Of a stretch of 64,000 nucleotides of DNA, positions 57,786 through 64,000 are shown in pieces. Positions within the stretch are counted from its first letter, which is position 1; every line of letters begins with the position of its first letter. The stretch comes from a bacterium (GTDB lineage: Bacteria > Patescibacteriota > Microgenomatia > Curtissbacterales > GWA2-41-24): the NCBI GenBank assembly GCA_021813945.1, contig JAKAJD010000001.1:335072-399071 (forward strand), read 5' to 3'. Both the position numbers and the translations under genes were made by a program. Under the pieces are notes generated by a model that was given only the letters and a program-made list of their open reading frames with translations, was not told where the DNA came from and ran no database searches.

Positions 57786-58594
57786 TAAGCCTGATTCCTT
57801 TCGTCAGTCGTTAGAAAAAGCATCGCATTTTTGAGATCGTTTGGCAAGTCGCACTCGAACGTTAAGACTTTCTTGGACCTTGGGCTGGAAAAGTAAATCT
57901 TTTTTGCGTGCAAATATAGCCTTGGACACCACACTTGATCAAACTTTAAAAGCTTTGACGGAGTGTAAATTAAATCGGAAACAACCGGATGGCCGATTGA
58001 TTTTAAATGTACTCTGATTTGATGAGTTCTTCCTGTTTTTGGGAAAACCGAAAGCAGTGTGTAATCCTGTCCATGCTGGTCAAGATATCTAACACGAGAT
58101 CTGTTATATCCTTTTTCAACAATTATATTTTCAAAATTTGAAATTTGAAATTTGAAATTTGAAATTCTTTCATAATCGGTAACAGCCTCCCTACCTCCCT
58201 CTTGTCGATTTTTGAGATTACCAAATTTGCCAAACTTGCCAATTCTAGCGATATTACTTGCAATTTCTCCACTGTCATCCTTTACCAATCCATGAACCAA
58301 AGCTATATATTCTTTTTTAACTCTCCTCTCTTTAAACTCGCCCTGCAAAAATTCAAAAGTCTTCTGGTTTTTAGCAACAACCAAAACTCCGGATGTCTCC
58401 CTATCCAATCGATGTACGATTCCAGCCCTTTCCCCTATTCCCAAATCGCCGTTGGCTAATTTGAAATAATCGGACAACTGATCCTGTAGAGTTTCCTCTC
58501 TGGAAGTTTCAGATTTGTTGACCGTCAACCCTGAAGGTTTGTCCAAAACTAAAAAATCTTTGTCTTCAAAAATAATATTAAGATTAGGCTTCAT
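57785..58594 (-). CDS. RluA-family pseudouridine synthase
   Basis: Catalytic motif HRLDRETSGVLVVAKN. Family motifs DKDFLVLDKPSGL and HQIRVHL. Confidence 0.85.
   Translation of the reverse strand: MKPNLNIIFEDKDFLVLDKPSGLTVNKSETSREETLQDQLSDYFKLANGDLGIGERAGIVHRLDRETSGVLVVAKNQKTFEFLQGEFKERRVKKEYIALVHGLVKDDSGEIASNIARIGKFGKFGNLKNRQEGGREAVTDYERISNFKFQISNFENIIVEKGYNRSRVRYLDQHGQDYTLLSVFPKTGRTHQIRVHLKSIGHPVVSDLIYTPSKLLKFDQVWCPRLYLHAKKIYFSSPRSKKVLTFECDLPNDLKNAMLFLTTDERNQA
58133..58165. repeat. heptanucleotide tandem repeat (AAATTTG)x4.7 inside the pseudouridine synthase CDS
   Basis: Read directly from the sequence. Encodes ...RISNFKFQISNFE... on the minus strand. Confidence 0.8.
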
Positions 58595-58988
58595 CCTTAT
58601 TTGCGAAAATTAAATTATAAAAAATTAAAATTGCGCCAACTGTAATTGCTGTATCTGCCAAATTGAAACTTGGAAAAACTTTAAAATCAACAAAATCCCG
58701 AACGCAACCTACAGTAAACCTATCTATTAAATTTGAAAATCCTCCAGAAAAAACCAATGAAAGCGCAACCAAATTCAATCTGTTTTTTTCTTTCAAAAAA
58801 AGCCACAAGACCACTATCAAAACTAAAATAGAAATTACAGCAAAATTACCAGAAATACCAAAAGCCCCGCCCCTATTGCAAGAAATCTCAAAAAATTTAA
58901 CTGCAATAAATTTAGTTAGCTGGTCTAAAACTAAAACAGAGAAAATTAAAAGACCTAATTGAAGATTATTTTTTGTTTTCAACTTCAC
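58584..58988 (-). CDS. lspA: lipoprotein signal peptidase (signal peptidase II)
   Basis: Four TM helices. Conserved motifs NRGGAFGI, FSNLIDR and FNLADTAIT. Confidence 0.85.
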   Translation of the reverse strand: MKLKTKNNLQLGLLIFSVLVLDQLTKFIAVKFFEISCNRGGAFGISGNFAVISILVLIVVLWLFLKEKNRLNLVALSLVFSGGFSNLIDRFTVGCVRDFVDFKVFPSFNLADTAITVGAILIFYNLIFANKDEA

Positions 58989-59316
58989 TCTCGCACTTCA
59001 AGCAATAGACAGCTTGAGGTTTAACTTCTAGTCTTCCTGCATCAATCGACTTGCCGCAGCGTTCACACAAACCATATGTTCCTTTTTTAATCTTTTTGAG
59101 AGCAGACTCAATTTCTTTAAGATCAGCCTTTAGTCTATCTTCTAAAACTACTGCCCGTTCATGCCCAGATAAAACTGCAGCATCTGTTCCGGGTTCGACA
59201 ATAAGCGATCTGTCCTCTGAAGAAAATGGGTCTTCTTCTTTTACCCGACCGAGCTTTTTTAAAATTAAATTCCTTTGTTTTTCAACCTTACCTCGAAATT
59301 TCGCGACATCTATCAT
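58966..59316 (-). CDS. DksA/TraR family C4-type zinc-finger protein
   Basis: C-terminal CERCGKSI...CLKCESE four-Cys finger, preceded by a coiled-coil region. Confidence 0.75.
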   Translation of the reverse strand: MIDVAKFRGKVEKQRNLILKKLGRVKEEDPFSSEDRSLIVEPGTDAAVLSGHERAVVLEDRLKADLKEIESALKKIKKGTYGLCERCGKSIDAGRLEVKPQAVYCLKCESEVENKK

Positions 59317-60320
59317 TTTCTAACTCCTAACGCGTGAGCAAAATCCAAAAGTCCTCCGGAAATCTCACGACTTACTAATTTTACTAAAAACCATACTCCT
59401 TTTACCAACCTGAAGGGAAAAAGCAGTATTAGCTTGGCAATTCCATCTGCTTCCGTGACACTAAAAATTACGCGTTTTGTCTTAAAGATAAAAAGTAAAA
59501 CCCATCCAAAAAAACTTTTTAAATCGTTCCAAACTCTGCGCTTTGCCAAAATATACCAAGCCGGAACAATGTAGATTAACGCTAAAATCCCCCACGAAAG
59601 TTGATATGAAATCTGAAAATTAAAAGGTCTTCTAATTGGGAAAAATCCCAAAGCCAGATCGGTAAGAACTACCGAAGTAATTGCAAAACAGGCAAAAAAG
59701 CCCCGATGCCGTTTTCTCTTTTCAAGCCTTTTTATAATCCAGAAAACTGCAAAAAAGTAAAGGGCAAGAAACAACCCGTTCTTGCCAACCGTAAACCCTT
59801 TTGCCAGTGACAAAAAAAGATAAGCTATCGCATAGTAAAAGCTTAATGCAAATATCATAGGAGCAGCAGCTAAATCAAAAACAAACCAAAAACTTTCTCG
59901 TCTGCCCTTCATGTAAAACCAAACTGCAAAAACCCCTCCCAAAAATGCCAGATACCAATCAAAACCGGAAAAAACGTTAAAGAAAAAAAGTCTGGTAAAC
60001 GACCATTTGTAAAAACCAGATCTAACGAAAAAATCGCCTATTCTTCCTAAAAATAATGCGCCTACTAAAAAAAGTAAGAGCACATCGAAAATGTCTTGTG
60101 AATCTACAAGCTCATAGCGGCTTGACCTCCAAAAAAGAAAGGCTCCAAAAATAAAGCCAAGAATAATTCCAAGCGGGCTTGCTAAGATTTCCAAAAGCTT
60201 GGGGGAAAGGTGCAGCATAGGAGCCTTATTATAGAAAAGATAGACTCCCAAATTCAAACAGTATTTTTCAACAAAGGTCATGCCTGTCTCGAGCACAGAA
60301 CGTAGGTTAAGGCCTACCAT
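59313..60320 (-). CDS. probable prolipoprotein diacylglyceryl transferase (Lgt-like polytopic membrane protein); true start probably at an internal Met
   Basis: Multi-TM protein with an Lgt-like GRIGDFF motif. Sits next to lspA and the DksA-like gene. The first 13 codons are encoded by the palindromic repeat copy G. Confidence 0.5.
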   Translation of the reverse strand: MVGLNLRSVLETGMTFVEKYCLNLGVYLFYNKAPMLHLSPKLLEILASPLGIILGFIFGAFLFWRSSRYELVDSQDIFDVLLLFLVGALFLGRIGDFFVRSGFYKWSFTRLFFFNVFSGFDWYLAFLGGVFAVWFYMKGRRESFWFVFDLAAAPMIFALSFYYAIAYLFLSLAKGFTVGKNGLFLALYFFAVFWIIKRLEKRKRHRGFFACFAITSVVLTDLALGFFPIRRPFNFQISYQLSWGILALIYIVPAWYILAKRRVWNDLKSFFGWVLLFIFKTKRVIFSVTEADGIAKLILLFPFRLVKGVWFLVKLVSREISGGLLDFAHALGVRK

Positions 60321-60326
60321 TTACCC
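60305..60326. repeat. partial copy (G) of the palindromic repeat
   Basis: GGTTAAGGCCTACCATTTACCC, two mismatches from the matching arm of copy A. Overlaps the annotated 5' end of the Lgt-like ORF. Confidence 0.45.
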
Positions 60327-60402
60327 GGCTTTGATCTAAACCTAAAATATGATATATTGGATTTTGTACTAACTGCGTCTCAGCCTGCAGTCCAAACATT
60401 AA

Positions 60403-60882
60403 ATGACCGCAACTTCACATGCACTAATTGGGGCAAGCCTGGCTGCAAAGATCGCCAATCCCCTAATTGGAATCCCGCTTGCATTCGTCTCACACTTTCT
60501 GGCAGATCTCACACCGCATTGGGACGCCGGAACCAATCACCGAAATAAAACAAAAATGAGGCTCAGAATGGAAGCTGTTTTTGACGTTCTTTTGGGTTTT
60601 GCCCTAGTTGCGATTCTCTTCCGCTCGCTCGCATTTGACAAGCCCGTTTACTTGCTTTCTATGATAATAACCGCCCAGCTTCCCGACTGGCTTGAAGCTC
60701 CAAGTTCAATGTTTGGTTTTCAAGTTCCGCCTTTTTCTTGGATGGATTGGATCGGCCACCGAACTCAAACCCGCATGCAGCTTCCCTGGGGTCTTGTTAC
60801 TCAGGTTGTATTGGTAGGACTTCTAGTCCTTTTTGCACTCGGCGGCCCAAGCCAAATTACAACCGTCCTCGCCTACCACTGA
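60403..60882 (+). CDS. small inner-membrane protein, possibly a YdjM/DUF457-like metal-dependent hydrolase
   Basis: Four hydrophobic helices. H...D..PHWD motif (SHFLADLTPHWDAG). Confidence 0.4.
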   Translation: MTATSHALIGASLAAKIANPLIGIPLAFVSHFLADLTPHWDAGTNHRNKTKMRLRMEAVFDVLLGFALVAILFRSLAFDKPVYLLSMIITAQLPDWLEAPSSMFGFQVPPFSWMDWIGHRTQTRMQLPWGLVTQVVLVGLLVLFALGGPSQITTVLAYH

Positions 60883-60890
60883 GCTGAAGC

Positions 60891-61214
60891 CTAATTTCCT
60901 GATCCCTGAGGTCTGTATTTATTCCTTAAAATAACTGTGACACCGTGCTCAACTGCTTTATGAAATACATCCGAGTTATATCTTTTTGCTCCGGATCCCA
61001 TTATCTGCGCCACTAATCGAATCTCTCGAAGTGCAGCCTCGTCAAGCAACCTACCGGGAAGAACACCACTCAACGCATCTTGAAGATCCAACTCAAAAGT
61101 GGCCGCGGGGAAAAATCTCTGACTGTTACTGCGAATTTCCTGCCCTGCTGGTGTCCTGACCAGGATACCTAGAATTGCAGAATATTCTGGTATACGTACA
61201 TGACGCTCGTTCAT
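60891..61214 (-). CDS. hypothetical protein
   Basis: 107-aa Arg-rich ORF upstream of efp. No confident motif. Confidence 0.4.
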   Translation of the reverse strand: MNERHVRIPEYSAILGILVRTPAGQEIRSNSQRFFPAATFELDLQDALSGVLPGRLLDEAALREIRLVAQIMGSGAKRYNSDVFHKAVEHGVTVILRNKYRPQGSGN

Positions 61215-61772
61215 CTATTTTGCCCGCTCAACATAATCACCGGATCTGGTATCAACCCGAATCACTTCGCCGTTTTTAATAAATAGTGGCACCTTAACAA
61301 CCAGCCCGTTTTCCAAGGCCGCGTCCTTATAGCTTGCCCCAACGGTATTTCCGCGAGCCGACCCACCGGTTTGGGTTACAGTGTAATCAACAATTTTTGG
61401 AATTTCCAGGTAAAGCGGTTTGCCTTCGATGGAAAAAAGCGTAATCTCCAAACCTTCTTTTAAGTATTTGGATACATCCTCCGCCAATTTCCTATCCAGT
61501 TCAAACTGCTCGTAAGTTGCCATATCCATGACGTGGATTTTGTCATCCGTATACAAATACTGGACCTTTTTACGATCGACAGTAATATCCTGAACCCTGG
61601 CGCCTGTTTGGAAAGATTTTTCGATATTGGCGCCTGTTTCTAGATTCTGGACTTTTACCTTTATGGTTCCGGAACCGCGAGCAACCTTAATATGTTCATA
61701 CGAAAGCACCAGAAAATACTTTCCTTGTTCCTCAAAAACAACACCGGAACGTAAATCAGTAACAGAAATCAT
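61215..61772 (-). CDS. efp: translation elongation factor P (Arg32 type)
   Basis: Gap-free alignment to B. subtilis EF-P across the first 48 residues and full-length similarity. The conserved loop reads KVARGSG, with Arg where Lys32/34 normally sits. Confidence 0.9.
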   Translation of the reverse strand: MISVTDLRSGVVFEEQGKYFLVLSYEHIKVARGSGTIKVKVQNLETGANIEKSFQTGARVQDITVDRKKVQYLYTDDKIHVMDMATYEQFELDRKLAEDVSKYLKEGLEITLFSIEGKPLYLEIPKIVDYTVTQTGGSARGNTVGASYKDAALENGLVVKVPLFIKNGEVIRVDTRSGDYVERAK

Positions 61773-61778
61773 GGGAAA

Positions 61779-62747
61779 TTAATTCTTTTTGGTCTTTGTG
61801 CGCTTTACTCTAATTAGTCCAGATGCGGGAACAACCGCAACACCTCGTTTTTCCAATTCATCCAGAAACAAATTCGCACCAATTGAATCAGCTGCCATAT
61901 GACCAACATCAATGGCGTTTATGTGTTCCTTTTTAAGCTCTTGCAATGATTCTTCCGGGATATGCATTTCAACCAAAGTACCCACCCCAGCCTCTGCCAA
62001 TGCTTTGTAAAGCTCCTTTGAAGGGTTTGTCCCTCCGGTAAAAGAAACCATAATCTTTCCGGTCCTGCCCTTTTCTGATCCGGATACAATACTCGGCCCA
62101 TTCTTGCCCTTTATGGCTTCCTTGAATTCGGGAATTTCACAAATTGCATCCAAAACATCCCCCAAAGAACCATACTCCCTTCCCAAAATGTGGTTTTTCA
62201 TAAAATTATCCCCGATGTTGTCCCAAACTGTATGAAGTGCCAAAAGCGGTACATCAAGAAGCCGGGCGGCATCTACAGCTTGTGAGTGGTTAATAGGACC
62301 AAATTTCCTTTTAACAAGCCCCATTGTTTCCTGCAGTAGCGAATAAGCTACATTTTCGTCTACACCGTTTGCGGAATAAATATCGACCAAAATATCCATT
62401 ACCTCGTGAAGACTTGCCAAAGCATGTCCAGCCGGATGATGCCCAATCAAAAGATCTATTCCGGCACCCTTTTGGTTTAACCTGTCAACCAAGAGTACTT
62501 CAGCCCCGTTAGAATCAATACCGGCAAGCACCTTTTTTACATTCTTTTTAGGATCGCCAAACAAAATCCTGGTGTCGGAATAAGGGTTGGTTAGGGTTTC
62601 TGTGTCGAAATGCTCCCTTTTTTTAGGAGTAAGTTGGTCGTAATCCTTATTTTGTCGCTTAAGGTAAGCCTCAACCCCTTTTTTGCCACGGGGATCCGCC
62701 TCCATACCCATTTTTAGAGCCAAAAGATATATTTCTTGGATGGTCAC
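61779..62747 (-). CDS. Nif3-family (YqfO/DUF34) dinuclear-metal-centre protein
   Basis: LLIGHHP motif and a C-terminal GHMAAD-type metal-ligand segment. 322 aa. Confidence 0.75.
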   Translation of the reverse strand: MTIQEIYLLALKMGMEADPRGKKGVEAYLKRQNKDYDQLTPKKREHFDTETLTNPYSDTRILFGDPKKNVKKVLAGIDSNGAEVLLVDRLNQKGAGIDLLIGHHPAGHALASLHEVMDILVDIYSANGVDENVAYSLLQETMGLVKRKFGPINHSQAVDAARLLDVPLLALHTVWDNIGDNFMKNHILGREYGSLGDVLDAICEIPEFKEAIKGKNGPSIVSGSEKGRTGKIMVSFTGGTNPSKELYKALAEAGVGTLVEMHIPEESLQELKKEHINAIDVGHMAADSIGANLFLDELEKRGVAVVPASGLIRVKRTKTKKN

Positions 62748-62783
62748 GTTAACTACAAATGATATAACAATAGGCTAAATCTA

Positions 62784-63125
62784 TCAAGGCTTGCGAAGAA
62801 CTAAAGTGGCGCCTTTGAGCATTTGCTCTGCAATTTTTTCGCCTTGTCCGGGTTTATAAGAATCAACAACCGTTTTCAATCCAAGTTTACTCATTGCACC
62901 ACCTTCATCAATCATTTGGCCATTGATATAAACCTCCACAGGGCCACCGTTAGCCAGTTCCGCTGCCGTCAATCTAACATCACCAGCACCGTGTGTAACC
63001 TGTTCGTCTATCCTAAACTTGGTAGCAAGGTAAGGATTAAATTTTTCAAGACGATGGCTTACAATTGCCTCATAAGAGGCCTGAGATACCGGCTGGTCAG
63101 CATCAAGAATGATTTCCCTTGCCAT
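62784..63125 (-). CDS. hypothetical protein
   Basis: 113-aa ORF with no recognised motif. Confidence 0.4.
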   Translation of the reverse strand: MAREIILDADQPVSQASYEAIVSHRLEKFNPYLATKFRIDEQVTHGAGDVRLTAAELANGGPVEVYINGQMIDEGGAMSKLGLKTVVDSYKPGQGEKIAEQMLKGATLVLRKP

Positions 63126-63238
63126 TTATAGAATTATCTTCCCCAAAAAATAAGATATCAGCAGTTCGCTGATATAATTTCTCTTCCAATGGGAATTGGA
63201 TTCAAAAAATAATATAATATGTAAGCCGATTTTTCAAT

Positions 63239-63265
63239 GCCGAAGTGGCGGAACCGGCAGACGCG
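63239..63265 (+). pseudogene. 5' fragment (acceptor and D arm) of a tRNA-Leu-like gene; no matching 3' half
   Basis: GCCGAAGTGGCGGAACCGGCAGACGCG matches the canonical tRNA-Leu 5' end. The downstream sequence cannot form an anticodon arm, a T arm or a CTTCGGC 3' acceptor strand. Confidence 0.4.
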
Positions 63266-63341
63266 TAAGTATCCTTTTTTGAAGTTCTCTTCAAAAACGT
63301 TTTAGCTTTTAGCTAAAACCAAAACTTATGCCTGCAGACTA

Positions 63342-63426
63342 GGCCGGGTGCTGGAACTGGTAGACAGTTACGTCTCAAAAACGTATGGGCTTAACGCCCG
63401 TGAGGGTTCGACTCCCTCCCCGGCTA
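63342..63426 (+). tRNA. tRNA-Leu (anticodon CAA), class II with a long variable arm
   Basis: Hand-folded: 7-bp acceptor stem GGCCGGG/CCCGGCT, 3-bp D stem with a GG loop, 5-bp anticodon stem TACGT/ACGTA, loop CTCAAAA (U33, anticodon CAA), 4-bp variable stem, T arm GAGGG-TTCGACT-CCCTC, discriminator A. Confidence 0.8.
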
Positions 63427-63433
63427 CAAATAT

Positions 63434-64000
63434 ATGCAAAAGCGCGTCATCATTGTTCATGGTTGGGACGGATATCCTGAAGAAGGATGGTTTCCGTGGC
63501 TAAAAAGTAATCTTGAGCAAAAGGGCTTTCAAGTCATTGTTCCCCAACTTCCAGAGGCAGATATGCCAAAAATTGAACCTTGGGTGAAAGGTTTATCTGA
63601 AGCCGTCGGCAAACCGGATTCCCAAACCTATTTTGTCGGCCACAGCATCGGTTGTTCCACAATCGCCCGTTACCTCGACACACTTTCTGCAAATACAAAA
63701 GTAGGCGGAGCAGTTTTTGTCGCCGGCTTTTTCAAAAGATTAACCAAATTGGAAGGCGAAGAAGCAAAAGAAATTGTAAATCCCTGGCTTACAACACCAC
63801 TTGACTTTGATAAAGTGAAAAACATACTAGGAAAAAGCGTCGCAATTTTTTCGGACAATGACCCTTATGTCCCGTTGGACAATCAAGACGATTTTCGCGA
63901 CAAGCTAGGCTCAAAAATCATAATAGAGCACAACATGGGCCACTTTTCCGGATCCACCGGCACAACCCAACTCCCCATCGCACTCGAGAAACTACTTGAG
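63434..64000 (+). CDS. alpha/beta-hydrolase-fold serine hydrolase (RBBP9/YdeN-like); 3' end truncated by the window edge
   Basis: ATG at 63434 opens a frame with no stop before the window end, which is why it is missing from the ORF track. N-terminus MQKRVIIVHGWDGYPEEGWFPWL. Nucleophile elbow GHSIGC. Confidence 0.65.
   Translation, partial: MQKRVIIVHGWDGYPEEGWFPWLKSNLEQKGFQVIVPQLPEADMPKIEPWVKGLSEAVGKPDSQTYFVGHSIGCSTIARYLDTLSANTKVGGAVFVAGFFKRLTKLEGEEAKEIVNPWLTTPLDFDKVKNILGKSVAIFSDNDPYVPLDNQDDFRDKLGSKIIIEHNMGHFSGSTGTTQLPIALEKLLE

Noticed and set aside
60891-61214. The 107-aa Arg-rich ORF shows scattered local resemblance to eukaryotic histone segments (ALREIR, a loop like ISGLIYEE). It might be a histone-fold protein.
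   Set aside because: The matches are short and not colinear with any one histone. Net charge is only mildly basic. This cannot be supported without profile or structure searches.
63239-63426. Considered that the tRNA-Leu 5' fragment and the downstream tRNA are exons of one intron-containing tRNA.
   Set aside because: The acceptor stems are not complementary (GCCGAAG versus CCCGGCT). The downstream gene folds as a complete tRNA on its own. A 76-nt insert is too short for a group I intron.

Overview
This 64-kb window looks like a compact, gene-dense bacterial genome. Most ORFs are complete under the standard genetic code. Short proteins, overlapping start and stop codons, and lysine-rich C-terminal tails on GyrA and RuvC suggest a reduced Gram-positive-type or CPR/Patescibacteria-like genome; that placement is inference.

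Housekeeping genes I can support are: PBP1A; tyrS; recG; rpmF; nusB; an ACP-like gene followed by rnc; rpsP, a KH-domain gene and trmD (no rimM between them); holB; gyrB, an unknown 170-aa ORF and gyrA; carA and carB; xerC/D; pyrH; ruvC; a YebC-family regulator; a Kef-type antiporter; an RluA-family pseudouridine synthase; lspA; a DksA/TraR zinc-finger gene; an Lgt-like gene; efp; and a Nif3-family gene.

There is one intact tRNA-Leu(CAA) with a 5' tRNA-Leu remnant upstream of it, and a partial alpha/beta-hydrolase gene that runs off the 3' end of the window.

The main accessory or unusual content is:
1. A contiguous type IV pilus locus (pilM, pilN, pilO, four minor pilins, pilD, then pilA, pilC, pilT, pilB), interrupted by three large polytopic GT-C-like membrane proteins right next to pilA. 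This is a candidate pilin glycosylation module.
2. A two-gene operon of large secreted paralogs with Asp-box glycosidase-like domains. One also carries a dockerin-like domain. Both share a conserved PT-linker plus FN3-like C-terminal module.
3. A three-gene cluster of SucC-like, SucD-like and a 244-aa citrate-synthase-like protein. The sizes match a citryl-CoA synthetase/lyase system or a split ATP-citrate lyase.
4. A family of about 50-nt intergenic palindromic repeats built on AAAGGCC(A/T)GGCCTTT, present at seven loci.
5. A 920-bp non-coding gap between convergent genes.

No CRISPR array, rRNA gene or clear transposase was found.
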